Source: an uncultured Phycisphaerales bacterium
GTDB lineage: Bacteria > Planctomycetota > Phycisphaerae > Tepidisphaerales > Tepidisphaeraceae
Reading direction: 5' to 3'
NCBI GenBank assembly: GCA_963758525.1
Contig: CAVWVQ010000003.1
Coordinates: forward strand, 4,256,001 to 4,320,000
Length of the DNA stretch: 64,000 nucleotides
The position numbers and the translations under genes are program-made. Under the pieces are notes generated by a model. The model was not told where the DNA came from, made no database searches, and saw nothing but the letters and a program-made list of their open reading frames with translations. Below are positions 22,173 to 33,856 of this stretch, one piece after another; the first letter of the stretch is position 1, and every line of letters starts with the position of its first letter.

Positions 22173-22658
22173 TCAACCCCGGCGTGCCGCCTCGATGGCG
22201 GCGATGTCGATCTTTTTCATCGTCATCATCGCATCGAACGCCCGCTTGGCGGCAGCGATATCGGAATCGGTGATTGCTTGCGTCAGGGCGATCGGCGTGA
22301 TCTGCCAGGACAATCCCCATTTGTCCTGGCACCAGCCGCACGAGCTCTCCCGGCCGCCGTTGCCGACGATCGCGTTCCAGTAGCGATCCGTCTCGGCCTG
22401 GTCAGCGGTTGCGACCTGAAACGAGAATGCCCAGTTGTGTTTGACCGCGGGGCCGCCGTTGAGCCCGAGGCACGGGATGCCCATCACAGTAAATTCGACG
22501 GTCAACACGTTCCCTTTCTTCCCCGACGGAAAGTCTCCCGGGGCGCGATGCACCGCGGCTACTGACGAATCAGGAAAGGTCCTGGCGTAAAACCGCGCCG
22601 CCTCCTCGGCGTCGCCATCGTACCAAAGGCAAATTGTGTTCTTTGCTGGTTTGGCCAT
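22173..22658 (-). CDS. VOC/PhnB-like (3-demethylubiquinone-9 3-methyltransferase domain) protein
   Basis: CLWYDGDAEEAARFY, LNGGP, CGWCQDKWGLSWQI, MKKIDIA. Confidence 0.9.
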   Translation of the reverse strand: MAKPAKNTICLWYDGDAEEAARFYARTFPDSSVAAVHRAPGDFPSGKKGNVLTVEFTVMGIPCLGLNGGPAVKHNWAFSFQVATADQAETDRYWNAIVGNGGRESSCGWCQDKWGLSWQITPIALTQAITDSDIAAAKRAFDAMMTMKKIDIAAIEAARRG

Positions 22659-22837
22659 GTTACTTCTCCATTGAGATGAGCCACCCGAGGCCGCAGTCAA
22701 CGAGTCTTCGCGGTCGAAGGGCATTGGCTCGCCCGACATTTCCGCGTCAACGTACAGAAAAATTAGTACCATTCCAGCGCGGCGTCACTGCGCGTTGCCA
22801 GGTGGGTGTGGCGCTCGAAAGTGGCGATCGGCTCCGA

Positions 22838-22905
22838 GTAGGGCGGGATTCATCCCGCCGATTTGTTGGCCGGCTGAGAAAACGGCGGGATGAATCCCGC
22901 CCTAC
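22838..22905. repeat. GTAG-family REP doublet
   Basis: GTAGGGCGGGATTCATCCCGCCG...CGGCGGGATGAATCCCGCCCTAC, same REP as at 3721-3976. Confidence 0.9.
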
Positions 22906-23484
22906 GATCGCAAAATCTGCAATCGCCACAAATAAAAGTTACACCCTGCCAGGTGGGCGTGCCAGATGTTGCGCTCGCTCGCAACTCTTTCCCCCTCCCC
23001 TGGAGTACCAGGGGAGGGGGAAGCAAGACCAATCTTGATCGCGCTCCCTAGGCAACGTCGCATCGTTGCTGGTCGCGCGGAAACTGCCGCCGCGAGGCAG
23101 GAGTTGCGCCGGCGATCGCGGGCCGAGGGCACTGGTCCGGGAGGTGCGTCTTTCTCGCCAGAACACCCTAAGGCGATGTTTATTATCGGCTTACGTCCGC
23201 ATGTGACCGACGACCGCCGGAGCGACGGCGTGCGCGGCACGCGGCTTGATAAGCGCGGCTTGTCGCCGGCGCGAAGTCTCTCACGAGCTTCCCGACGGTG
23301 ACGGATCGAGAACGAAGGGCAGTGATGCGATCGGCGGAGCCGATTGCCGCGCGGCTCGCGCCGTTGCGGGCACTTCATGGATGAAGCGCTGCCAAGGTGG
23401 CGGCTGATCGACCTCTGGGCGATCGTCGCGGGAATCCGACGGGGCTTCCGTCCGGCGTGGCGGAAGCCCCTCGGAATTATTCAG

Positions 23485-24246
23485 ATGATCTACGGACTGT
23501 ACCTCTCGGCGTCGGGCGTCCTGGCAAATTCCTACAACGTGGACGTGCTGGCCAACAACCTGGCCAACTCCGAATCCGTCGGGTTCAAGCGCGACATGAC
23601 TCTCTTCCGCCAGCGCCTCACCGCGACCCAGCAGCAGCACAAGGCCGGCGATTGGAGCGATCCCCTTCTGGAACAGATCGGCGGCGGTTTGTCCGTCAAC
23701 CCCAGCGCGATCGACACGCAGCAGGGCGAGCTCGAATCGACGGGCAACGCACTCGATCTGGGGATCGACGGGAAAGGATATTTTGCGGTGAAAGACGCGA
23801 GCGGCACCCATCTCACGCGCGACGGGCGCTTCATGGTGGATGCCGACGGGAAGCTGGTCATGACCAACTCGCGCGCGAGCAAGGTGCTCGACACGCAGCA
23901 GCGGCCGATCGTGCTTTCCGTTGGAACGGCGACGTCCATCGGAAGCGACGGCAGCGTCACGCAAAACGGCAAAGCCGTCAGCAAAATCGGACTGTTCGAT
24001 GTGCCGGACAAGACAAAGCTGACCAAAGACGGCGCCGATACGATGGACTACCCCGACATGACGGATCTTCGCGCCGGCGCCGGCCAGATGCGCAGCGAAA
24101 TGGTCGAGCGGTCCAACGTCGATCCGACCAGCGAGCTGGCCCAGTTGATCGAAGCCCAGCGACAGCTCGAAGCCAACGCGAACATGATTCACTACCAGGA
24201 TGAGACGCTGCAGCAGCTCGTGCAGGACGTGGGGAAGATTAGTTGA
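23485..24246 (+). CDS. flgF: Flagellar basal-body rod protein FlgF
   Basis: DVLANNLAN..GFK, TGNALDLGIDGKGYF, TRDGRF, ERSNVD; lies upstream of flgG. Confidence 0.85.
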   Translation: MIYGLYLSASGVLANSYNVDVLANNLANSESVGFKRDMTLFRQRLTATQQQHKAGDWSDPLLEQIGGGLSVNPSAIDTQQGELESTGNALDLGIDGKGYFAVKDASGTHLTRDGRFMVDADGKLVMTNSRASKVLDTQQRPIVLSVGTATSIGSDGSVTQNGKAVSKIGLFDVPDKTKLTKDGADTMDYPDMTDLRAGAGQMRSEMVERSNVDPTSELAQLIEAQRQLEANANMIHYQDETLQQLVQDVGKIS

Positions 24247-24642
24247 GTGACAGCCGGGGCTTGGGATCCACCGGGTCCGGGGGGAAGGTAAAGCGCCCGC
24301 AAAAATCCGAAATGACGAAACCCGAAACCAGAATCAAATAATCAAACCCGAATGACGAATGACCGAATGACGAAACAGGGGATTCGCGTGGTGATGATCT
24401 GCCATTCGATGGACCGTGACGCATTTCCAACTGTCATTGCTCTGGGTGCATGAGCCTTCGAACTCCGTTTCGGTCATTCGACATTCGGGCTTCGGGTTTG
24501 ATTCTGGTTTCGGGTTTCGTCATTCGGATTTGCTCACTCGATTCTGGTTTCGGGTTTCGTCATTCGGATCTTGACGCGATCAGGTGCCCTCAAGTTAGCG
24601 CCGTAGAGCGTCCGATAACGCCTTGTAACGGGATGAGGAACC

Positions 24643-25449
24643 ATGGCTATTGCGGCACTGCACTCTGCGGCGACGGGACTCAGGGCGCTATCAACTCAGA
24701 TCGATGTGGTTGCCAACAATTTGGCGAATGCGGAGACGACCGCGTTCAAACGCAGCCGGGTGAACTTTGAGGATTTGATTTACCAGACCGTTCGCGAGCC
24801 GGGCACGCAGGATCAGACCAGCGAGATTTCGCCGTCGGGAGAATTCGTGGGTCTTGGGACCCGCATCAGCAATACGCAGCTTGATCTCACACAGGGAAGT
24901 CTGGAGAGCACCGATCGCGATCTGGATGTTGGCATCTCCGGCAATGGATTCTTTGCGGTCAAAATTCTCGACTCGATCGGCGGCACGGGCTACACGCGGA
25001 ACGGCAACTTCTTCATCAACGAAAACGGCGACCTCGTGCTGGGGATGGGCGACGGATATCGCCTGGTGCCTCCAATCACTGTGCCGGCGGGAGTCAGCGA
25101 TATCCAGGTGAGCCAGGACGGAACGATCGAGGCGATCAAGCCGGGGTCGAACACCAAAACGAAAATAGGCCAGTTCCAGCTCACCCAGTTCATCAACCCG
25201 CAGGGGTTGAAGCTGCTGGGAGGAAGCATCTACACGGCGACCGAAGCTTCGGGCAAGCCGATCACCACGAATCCGGAGCAGCAGGGGGCCGGATCGCTGA
25301 TGAGCGGTTTTCTGGAAGCAAGCAACGTCGATCCGGTGAAGGAACTGGTCACGATGATCAAAACGCAGCGTGCGTTTGAATTGAACAGTCAGTCGATTCA
25401 GACCGCCGACCAGATTCTGCAAACCGTCGGCAACCTGAAACGATCGTAA
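24643..25449 (+). CDS. flgG: Flagellar basal-body rod protein FlgG
   Basis: ANNLANAETTAFKRSRVNFEDLIYQ, YTRNGNF, LEASNVDPVKELV..QRAFELNS. Confidence 0.92.
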   Translation: MAIAALHSAATGLRALSTQIDVVANNLANAETTAFKRSRVNFEDLIYQTVREPGTQDQTSEISPSGEFVGLGTRISNTQLDLTQGSLESTDRDLDVGISGNGFFAVKILDSIGGTGYTRNGNFFINENGDLVLGMGDGYRLVPPITVPAGVSDIQVSQDGTIEAIKPGSNTKTKIGQFQLTQFINPQGLKLLGGSIYTATEASGKPITTNPEQQGAGSLMSGFLEASNVDPVKELVTMIKTQRAFELNSQSIQTADQILQTVGNLKRS

Positions 25450-25491
25450 ACAGTCCCTGTCTTCTCAGTGAAGCGACATGGAGGTCGCATT

Positions 25492-26736
25492 ATGAACGGC
25501 AGACCAATAGGAATGCGGAAAACGGTTCGTTTGATGGTGATCCTTACCATTCTGGCATGGGCCACCCAAACACTGTTTCACCAATGGGGCTATGGCGCCG
25601 AAGTTGCGCCGCAGGACGTGCCCCCCATGGCAAGCGAAAAGTTCGTGCCGGGGCCGCGGATGGATCGGCCGTCGGCTACGCTCGAGCTGCGTTCCGAAGC
25701 GCGGGTGAACGGCGCCGAGGTTCGGCTCAAGCAGATTTGCCGTTGGTCCGACGCCGATGCGCCGATGTTTGCCACGGCTGGAGAACTGGTCGTCTTACGC
25801 TTCGACGGCAACGCGCCGTTCAAGGCCATTACGCTCGATGATCTGCGAAAGACATTGGGCGACGCGGGCGTGAATATCGGCATGATCGACTTTGCCGGGC
25901 CCACGCAATGCACCGTGAGCCGGGCCGACCTGGAATATGATGCGAATACGGCGCTGGATCAGTGGATCGCCGCCCGCAAGCCCGAAGCGGCGGCACCATT
26001 GCCGGCAGCGGCGCCCGTCGCGCCCGTTCCCGCATCCGCTGCTGGCGCGTCCGCGGCGACTGATTCGAGCGCGTTGCCGGTGCATCCGTTGCGCGAACTG
26101 CTTCAGTCGGACCTTTCAACCCGTCTCAACATTCCGCTCGATCGGTTGCAGGTGAACTTCAATCCGGCCGACGCGAAGCTGCTGAATCTTTCCGAGCCCC
26201 AGTTCAAGTTCAACATCGACGGTTCGTTCAACAACAACCTCGGCGATGTCTCCTGGCAGGTTCTGGTTGTAACGGACTCCGGATCTAAAAAGGTCAATAT
26301 CGCCGCAAATGCCCGCGCCTGGCAAAACCAGATCATCTTCAGCAAGCCGCTCAGCCGCGGTGAACTGATTCGTGCCGAGGATGTCACCTCCCGCCGGCTG
26401 CTGGTCGATCGCCTTCCGAACGATCCGTTGCTGACCAGCGAGCAGGTCGCCGGGCAGCAGGCATCCCGCGACATCCAGACCGGACAAATCGCGACCGCAC
26501 AATTCGTCGAAGGGGTGCCGTTGGCGCGCGCCGGGCAATTCGTGACGGTTACGCTCAATTCAGGATCGGTGAGAGTCAAGTCCGTTGCCAGGGCAATGGA
26601 AGCGGGCTCCTACGGCCAGACGATTCGCGTGAAGAGCGAGGTGACCGATCAGACCTATGAAGTGGTATTGACTGGCCCGCAGGAAGCGACGCTCGGCCCG
26701 ATGGAAACCGCCGACGCGAAACTGGCGGCGAAATGA
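25492..26736 (+). CDS. flgA: P-ring formation chaperone FlgA (start uncertain)
   Basis: Signal peptide; C-terminal SAF/ChapFlgA region (GQFVTV..ARAMEAGSYGQTIRV); gene order. Confidence 0.8.
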   Translation: MNGRPIGMRKTVRLMVILTILAWATQTLFHQWGYGAEVAPQDVPPMASEKFVPGPRMDRPSATLELRSEARVNGAEVRLKQICRWSDADAPMFATAGELVVLRFDGNAPFKAITLDDLRKTLGDAGVNIGMIDFAGPTQCTVSRADLEYDANTALDQWIAARKPEAAAPLPAAAPVAPVPASAAGASAATDSSALPVHPLRELLQSDLSTRLNIPLDRLQVNFNPADAKLLNLSEPQFKFNIDGSFNNNLGDVSWQVLVVTDSGSKKVNIAANARAWQNQIIFSKPLSRGELIRAEDVTSRRLLVDRLPNDPLLTSEQVAGQQASRDIQTGQIATAQFVEGVPLARAGQFVTVTLNSGSVRVKSVARAMEAGSYGQTIRVKSEVTDQTYEVVLTGPQEATLGPMETADAKLAAK

Positions 26737-26858
26737 CCTCAAACAACGACGCGCGCCGGCAGTTTGTGTTTCGCGGCTGCCCAAAGGGCAGCGTCATTCT
26801 GGAGCGTGCGTGACTAACGCACGTTCAAACCGCTCATCCTGAATATTGCGGAGACTCC

Positions 26859-27649
26859 ATGAAACGAGAGAAATGGCTGCTGACCGCGATCGCGATCTGG
26901 TTTGCCGGCGGGAGCGTCACGCTCGCGGGTCAGCCCGAGGCCGCGCCCGCGTCGAGCGGAAAAGCGCACAGCGAGGATAACGTGCGGCCGCTGAACAACG
27001 ACACGCCGGCCCGCGTCGGCGCGCTGATGCAGCAGACCGGAAGTTCGCTGCTCAAGGCGAGCCTGGCGGTGCGGGCCGATCCATCGCAGGCGAAGCTCTC
27101 CGACGTGAGCTTTTTTGCCGTCCGCGCCCCCGAGCCGCATACGCTCAAGAAGCACGACCTGGTGACCATCGTCATTCGCGAAGAGAGCGAGATCACGTCG
27201 CAGTCCAACAAGGACGTGAAGAAGGAAGCGGATCTGACGGCGAAGCTGGACCAGTTCATCCAACTCGATCTGAAGAAGCTCGCGATCAAGGGGCTCGCCC
27301 AATCGCAGAATCCCGCAGACATTGACATCAACGGCATTCGCGAATTCAAGGCCAACGGCGAGATGGATCGCACCGACAGTCTGACAGCGCGCATCACGGC
27401 GGAGGTGCTGGATGTGAAGCCGAACGGCACGCTCGTCCTTCAGGGCGCAAAACGATCAAGACGGACGAGGAAGAGCAGCAGTTTATTCTGTCGGGAATTT
27501 GCCGGGTGGACGATGTCAGCGCGGATAACACGGTGCTGAGCACCCAGATCTTCGATCTCGATCTTCAGAAGAATCACAAGGGAGACGTGAAAGACGCGAT
27601 TACCAAAGGCTGGCTGCCGCGGCTGATGCAGTTCGTGAACCCGTTCTGA
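26859..27649 (+). CDS. flgH: L-ring protein FlgH (frameshift near 27445)
   Basis: DLVTIVIREES, ITAEVLDVKPNGTLVL, continuing in another frame to KGWLPRLMQFVNPF. Confidence 0.85.
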
Positions 27650-27666
27650 TGATTTGAGATGTTCGC

Positions 27667-28833
27667 ATGGATCAGAAGCTAACTAATTTTATGCTACGGG
27701 CCGTCCTTCGATGCGGGAGTGCTGTTACCCGTAGAAGGACTACGCCTCGAGGAGCGTTGCCCAAGTGGCGCAGCAGCGCTGTGGTGGGCTCGCTCGCGTT
27801 GCTGCTTGGAACGGCGCCGTTCGCATCAGCGGTGAGAATCGCCGACATCACGCGGCTGGGAGGTCAGCGCACCAGCGTGCTCACCGGGCTCGGGCTGGTC
27901 TACGGCCTTCCCGGCACTGGCGACGGCGGAGATTTTGCCGCGGCGATCAAACCGCTGGCGGGAATGCTCGGGAAATTCTCCGATCCAGTCACGATGGAAG
28001 AACTCAACAAAGTCCAGAACGTGGCGGTCGTCGGACTGGTAGCGACGATTCCGTCGAACGGCGTGCGCGACGGCGACCATATCGACGTACGGGTGATGAG
28101 CCTGGGCGCGGCCACGAGTCTCAAGGGTGGCCGATTGTTCGTCTCCCCGCTGCAATCGCCGATTCCCAACGGCGGTGTTTTCGCAATGGCGGAAGGTCCG
28201 CTCAGTATTGAAGACCCCACCGATCCGAACGTCGCGTTGGTTCGCGGCGGGGGGGTCATGGAAGCCGATCTCCCGGCCAAGTTCATCGAAAACAACCAGA
28301 TTACTTTCATATTGGAAGATCCCTCGGCCAGTTGGACCAACGCGAGCATGATTGCCAAGATCGTAAACGACGCGGAGGGGGCCAATGGCGAGACGCTCGC
28401 GGTTGCGGTCGATCCGAAGAACGTGATCGTGACAATTCCGCAGACGGAGCGCGAGCATCCCGACAGCTTCATCAGCCGAATCCAGCGTTTGCCGGTGCCG
28501 ATGCTTCCCAGCGAAGCGCGCGTGCAGATCAACGAGAAGACCGGAACGCTGATCGTGACCGGCGACGTCGAGATCAGCCCAGTGGTGATCAGCCACAAGG
28601 GGTTGACCATTACGACGATCGCGCCCGCTCCGGTTCCGACGCCTCGCAATCCGCTGGCGACCACGAAGGAGCTGGTTGCCCTCGATCCGGCCAATCAAGG
28701 CGGCGCCAAGTTGCAGGATTTGGTCGCAGCGCTCGAGCAACTGAAGGTGCCGGCGGAGGATCGCATCACCATCGTTGAAGAACTTTATAAGAGCGGAAAG
28801 CTGCACGCGAAGCTGGTTCTGGAGGAGCAGTAA
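27667..28833 (+). CDS. flgI: P-ring protein FlgI
   Basis: RIADI..LTGLGLVYGLPGTGD, NVAVV, SLKGGRL, INEKTGTLIV, GKLHAKL. Confidence 0.92.
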   Translation: MDQKLTNFMLRAVLRCGSAVTRRRTTPRGALPKWRSSAVVGSLALLLGTAPFASAVRIADITRLGGQRTSVLTGLGLVYGLPGTGDGGDFAAAIKPLAGMLGKFSDPVTMEELNKVQNVAVVGLVATIPSNGVRDGDHIDVRVMSLGAATSLKGGRLFVSPLQSPIPNGGVFAMAEGPLSIEDPTDPNVALVRGGGVMEADLPAKFIENNQITFILEDPSASWTNASMIAKIVNDAEGANGETLAVAVDPKNVIVTIPQTEREHPDSFISRIQRLPVPMLPSEARVQINEKTGTLIVTGDVEISPVVISHKGLTITTIAPAPVPTPRNPLATTKELVALDPANQGGAKLQDLVAALEQLKVPAEDRITIVEELYKSGKLHAKLVLEEQ

Positions 28834-28835
28834 CG

Positions 28836-28921
28836 GAGGGTTCAGGGTGTCAGGGTTCAGGGTTCAGGAAAGAACGGATAACCGTCTTCCTGAACCCTGA
28901 ACCCTGACACCCTGAACCCTG
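28836..28921. repeat. (TCAGGGT)n/(ACCCTGA)n inverted heptamer element
   Basis: gggttcagggtgtcagggttcagggttcagg ... cctgaaccctgaaccctgacaccctgaaccc. Confidence 0.85.
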
Positions 28922-28942
28922 GCAAGCGTCGGAGACGCGACC

Positions 28943-29440
28943 ATGAAAACGCCTCACATCAAGCCGCCCACGAGTATCGACACCGCCGCGCTGCTGGGCC
29001 GGGGACGCACGCTGGCCGCCAGGGGCGCCGCGGGGAGCAATCAGCACGATCAGCTCGTGCAGCAAACCGAAAAATGGGTCGCGCAGACGTTCTATGGAAC
29101 GCTGCTCAAGCAGATGCGCCAGAGCCCGTTTCACTCCGACCTGATGGACGGGGGCAACGGCGGCAAAACGTTCCAGTCGATGCTCGACCAGCGGCTGGCC
29201 GACCATATGTCGCGCCATGCCGGCGGCAAGCTGGTGCGGGCAATCGTCAAGAAAATCGAATCGGCCCAGGCCGCGAAACATTACGCCAAGGCCTCGAAAT
29301 CGAGCTCGCCAAAAGGCGCACATCCATCGTCTTCGCTGAAGCCTGACGCCCGAACCCCAGCTCTGTTGGCGCCCGCCAAACATTATCCGCATCAGCTCCA
29401 CAGGATTCACGTTCACATGGAAAACAAGGAGCATGCGTGA
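28943..29440 (+). CDS. flgJ: Rod-binding protein, FlgJ N-terminal-like
   Basis: FYGTLLKQMR..GGKTFQSMLDQRLADHMS. Confidence 0.75.
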   Translation: MKTPHIKPPTSIDTAALLGRGRTLAARGAAGSNQHDQLVQQTEKWVAQTFYGTLLKQMRQSPFHSDLMDGGNGGKTFQSMLDQRLADHMSRHAGGKLVRAIVKKIESAQAAKHYAKASKSSSPKGAHPSSSLKPDARTPALLAPAKHYPHQLHRIHVHMENKEHA

Positions 29441-29931
29441 TGTCAAAGACACTTGCCGATCTCGAGACGGTGCTGAAGCAAATGCTTGTCGAGCATCGAC
29501 GCCTGCTGGCGCAGCTCGACCTCCAGCAGGCCGCCATGAAGAAGTTCGATCTTCAAGGCATGGCGTCGGCGTCGCAGTTTCAGGACGGCTCGCGGACGCG
29601 TCTGGTGTCGCTCGACGGACAGCGTCGCAAACTCGCGGCGCAGTTGGCCCGCGATCTGCGGATTCCCGGCGAAGTGACCCTTGCCGGGCTGGCGGCGCTG
29701 CATCCTGCGCGTGCGGCGGCGTTGCTCCAGTTGCGGCGAGAGCTGCGCGAGACCATCGAAACGATTCGCGCGCGCACCAAAATCAGCTCGCGTCTGGCCG
29801 GGGCGGTTTTGGGACATCTCAACACGGCGCTGCGAATCTTCGCAGGCGCCGTGCAGAAGGCCGGGTTGTACACCAAGCAGGGGACGCCCCGGCTGGCATC
29901 GCGCATCGGGGTGATGGAAACGATCGGTTGA
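29440..29931 (+). CDS. flgN: Flagellar export chaperone FlgN
   Basis: Helical protein directly before flgK, ending Y...G. Confidence 0.7.
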   Translation: MSKTLADLETVLKQMLVEHRRLLAQLDLQQAAMKKFDLQGMASASQFQDGSRTRLVSLDGQRRKLAAQLARDLRIPGEVTLAGLAALHPARAAALLQLRRELRETIETIRARTKISSRLAGAVLGHLNTALRIFAGAVQKAGLYTKQGTPRLASRIGVMETIG

Positions 29932-29935
29932 TGCC

Positions 29936-31635
29936 ATGTCGCTGATCAGTGCTCTCAACATCGGAAGCTCTGCCCTGGCGGTGTCGCAGGCGCAGATCCA
30001 GACGACCGGCAACAATATCGCCAACGCCGGCAACGCCGATTATGTGCGCGAGACGGCACAGACCGCCGCCAACGACGACCAGCAGATTGCGCCGGGCAGT
30101 TTCTGGGAACCGGTGTCGACCTTGAGGGCATCCAACGGCAAGTCGACGCCGCATTGACGGGCAGATTAAACTCGAGCGTCAGCGACAATCAGGCCGCCAC
30201 CACCACCGAACAATGGCTCGGGCAGGTTCAGTCGACGTTCAACGCGCTCAACGGCGCCGATCTCTCCTCGCAGCTCAACACCTTCTACAACAGTTGGTCG
30301 AGCCTGGCGAACAACCCTTCGGATCCGGGCCTTCGTCAGGTGGTTCTGCAGGACGGGAAAGCGGTCGCCAGCACGTTTCAGACATTGCAGGGCCAGCTCA
30401 GCGGCATCCAGGGAAGCGTCAGCACGAGCCTTGGTTCGCAGGTCATTTCAGCCGACGGGTTGGCCGCTCAGATCGCTTCGCTGAACGGCCAAATCGTGAC
30501 AGCCCAGGGAGGAACCGGAGGGACGGCCAACGCACTGCTCGATCAGCGCGATGCCGCGGTGAAGAGTCTCTCGAAGTTGATGAACGTGACCACGGTGCAG
30601 CAGCCCAGCGGCGCGCTCGACGTCTACGTCGGCTCCGAGCCACTGGTCGCGGGGACGCAGAGCAACGGCGTCGCGGAAGCAACGCAGATCGTCAATGGCA
30701 AGGCGACGCAAGTGGCGATCTTCAAATCAAACAAGGAAACGATTCCCGTCACCTCGGGCCAGATTGGCGCGCTGGAGTCGGTCGGCGGGCAGATCAGCGG
30801 AGTGCAGGATCAGCTCAATTCGCTGGCGAATAATTTCATCTTCCAGCTCAACAAGATTCACTCCAGCGGGCAAGGTACCAACGGTTTTACATCCGTGACA
30901 TCGACCAGCGTCGTGGCCGATCCTACGCAGGCGCTGAACAGCGCTGCAGCTGGTTTAAAATTTACGCCGACCAACGGAAGCTTCGTCGTCCACGTCAAGG
31001 ACACCGCAACGGGCCTGGAAAAAAGCACGCTGGTGCAGGTGAATCTGACGGGCCAGCCGACCGACACGACGCTCAACTCGCTGGCGGCGAGCCTTGCCGG
31101 AATCCCCGGGGTGAGCGCCACGATCAGCGGCGGCCGCCTTACGGTTGCGGCAAGCAACAGCGGGCAGCAGATCACCTTCAGCCAGGACAGCAGCGGAACG
31201 CTGGCGGCTCTGGGAATCAATACGTTTTTCAGCGGCGATAACGCTTCCAATATTGCCGTCAACTCTGTGCTGGCAAGTTCGCCGACGCTCATTGCCGCGG
31301 CGCAGAACGGGGACGTTGGAGACAATCAGACGGCGCTGGCGATCGCGGCGCTGGGATCACAGCCGATTCCCACGCTGCAGGGCGCGAGTCTGAATGACAC
31401 CTACCAGTCGATGATCAACGGCATCAGCGTTTCGACGGCCGCCGCGAAGACCAACGCGCAGGCCGCGCAGACTATTCAGGACACGCTTCAGTCGCAGCGC
31501 GACGCGACCAGCGGCGTGAGCGTGGACGAGGAGACGGTCAACCTGCTTCAGCAGCAGACCGCATATCAGGCGGCGGCAAAGCTGATCTCCGTGACCGACG
31601 CCATGATGCAGACGCTGATGGGGATGGTGCAATAG
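29936..31635 (+). CDS. flgK: Hook-associated protein FlgK (frameshift near 30100)
   Basis: LNIGSSAL..TGNNIANA; FYNSWSSLANNP; SGVSVDEETVNLLQQQTAYQAAAK. Confidence 0.9.
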
Positions 31636-31637
31636 CC

Positions 31638-33582
31638 ATGGCAATTCTCCCACTAGGCGCGGCGCGAGTCAGCTCCCTGCAATGGGCGTCGGTTGCGCAG
31701 CAGCAGATCGACCAGACCGAACAGCAACTGCTGCAGTCGCAAAACGAGCTTTCGACGGGCAAGAAGGTCAACGTCGGCAGCGACGATCCCGGCGCTGCGG
31801 ACATGATCATGCAGCTCAACCAGACGCTCACGCAGCGTCAGGCGTACAGCGCGAACCTCAACACGGCGCAGAGCCAGCTTTCCGAGGTGGATTCCACGCT
31901 GGGCAGCGTGACCAACCTGATCCAGCAGGCGCAGCAGGTGGCCTCGGCGGATGTAAATTCGTCGGTCAGCGATTCAACGCGAAAGTCAGACGCGGACGTC
32001 GTGCAGAATATTTACAGCCAGGTGCTGAACCTGGCGAACACGAATTTCGGCGGCTCGTTTATCTTCGGCGGGGATAAAAACACGACCGCTCCGTTCGTCT
32101 CCGCACAGGGAGGCGTGCAATACGTCGGATCGACGACAGTCCTGCAAAACGCCGCGGCCGACAGCACGCTTCTTCCTTTGCAGGTTAGCGCTGCCACCAC
32201 GTTCGGAGCGCTCTCGTCGCAAGTGCAGGGGACTGCCGACCTGACGCCGACCGTCGACACGGCGACCCGGATCATCGATCTGGGGGGAACCGGCGGATCG
32301 GGAGTGCAGCTCGGGGAGATTCAGATCGGGAACGGCGTCACCAGCAAGATCGTCGACCTCAGCGGCGCCGACAGCCTTGGTGACGTGATCAACGACATCA
32401 ATTCGGCAGCGGTCGGCGGCATTACCGCGTCAATCAATACTGCTGGGACCGGAATCACTCTTAGCACCAGCGGGGCGGACAACATTACCGTGAAAGATGT
32501 CGGCGGCGGAACCACCGCTGCGGATCTGGGCATCGGGCAGGCCGCGGGCGCCGGACCGGGAATTTCCGTCGTCGGCACCAGCGTGAACGCGAAGGTAACC
32601 GGCCTGACGACGCTGGCCTCGCTGCGCGGAGGCGCGGGCATCGATCAAACGCACGGCCTGACGATCACCAACGGCACAAAAACCGCCACCATCGACCTGT
32701 CGTCGGCGCAAACAGTCGAAGACCTGCTGAACGCCATCAACGGCTCCGGGACCGGCGTCGTTGCGAGCATCAATTCTGCGGGGACGGGAATCAATATCGT
32801 CAACTCGATTCAAGGCACGCAGATGACCATTGCTGAGAACGGCGGGACCACCGCCGCCGATCTGGGCGTGCGCAGCTACAACCCCGCGACCCCGCTTTCG
32901 CAGCTCAACGGCGGAAAGGGCGTGCAAACCGTCGCCGGCGGCGACTTCCAGGTCACGCGCACCGACGGGACGAACTTCAGCGTCTCCCTCACCGGCGCAG
33001 ACGGTTCAGGACGTGATCAGCGCCATTAATCTTGCGTCGGGCGGAACCGCAACCGCCGGCGTTGGAGTCAACGCGTCGTTCGCGACCACCGGCAACGGGA
33101 TCGTCCTGACCGACAGCGTCGGGGGAGGCGCATCGCTCACCATCACCCCGCTCAACGATTCAACCGCGGCTGCCGATCTGGGTCTGACGGCGGCCGCCAC
33201 CTCCGGGGGAACTGCCATCGTCGGGATCGACGCCAACCCGGTCGAGACATCCGGAATCTTTTCCGACCTGGCGAATCTGCGCAACGCGCTGAATTCAAGC
33301 AATCAGCAGGCGATTACTGCCGCGGGCGCGGCATTGCAGAATGATTACAACCAGATCGTCACCGCCCGCGGCGCCAACAGCGCGCAGCTGCAGGCAGTCT
33401 CTTCCCGGCAGGGCAACATCACTGACGAGAACCTCGCGACCACCACACTGCTCTCTTCCCTGCAGGATGCGGACTACACCACCGCGGTGACCCAGTTTCA
33501 GACGATCCAGACTTCGCTTCAGGCAACGCTGCTGACGACGTCAAAGGTGCTCAGTCTCTCGCTGCTGAATTTTCTTTCGTAG
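31638..33582 (+). CDS. flgL: Hook-associated protein FlgL (frameshift near 32998)
   Basis: LSTGKKVNVGSDDP, FIFGG, C-terminus DADYTTAV..LSLLNFLS. Confidence 0.88.
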
Positions 33583-33856
33583 TGGAACGGGCTTTGCAAA
33601 TGAGGGACGATGTCTGCATTGCGATGATATAGGACGCATTCAAATGCAGATCGCGCAGCAAAAGATGCGCACGCCGGCAAGTCCGGCGCTCAGGACGCGG
33701 AGAAATGCAGAGTTGAGGGCGGCGGAGGATCCGCCGTGGGTGGAAGAAAGATGCACCGCACCGGGCAGGATGCCCCTGCGGGTTCAGTGCCCGTACCGGA
33801 TGGAACCGGAGGGTTTTAGACCGCGGCGACGAGCCGCAGCGACAAACGGAGTTCGC

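Noticed and set aside
26859..33582. Frameshifts in flgH, flgK and flgL (also DUF1501, PSD1, anti-sigma, rSAM, udgX) as pseudogenisation or programmed frameshifting
   Set aside because: Single-base indels are scattered across unrelated, otherwise intact genes, often at short runs. Sequencing or assembly error is the simpler explanation; read polishing would settle it.
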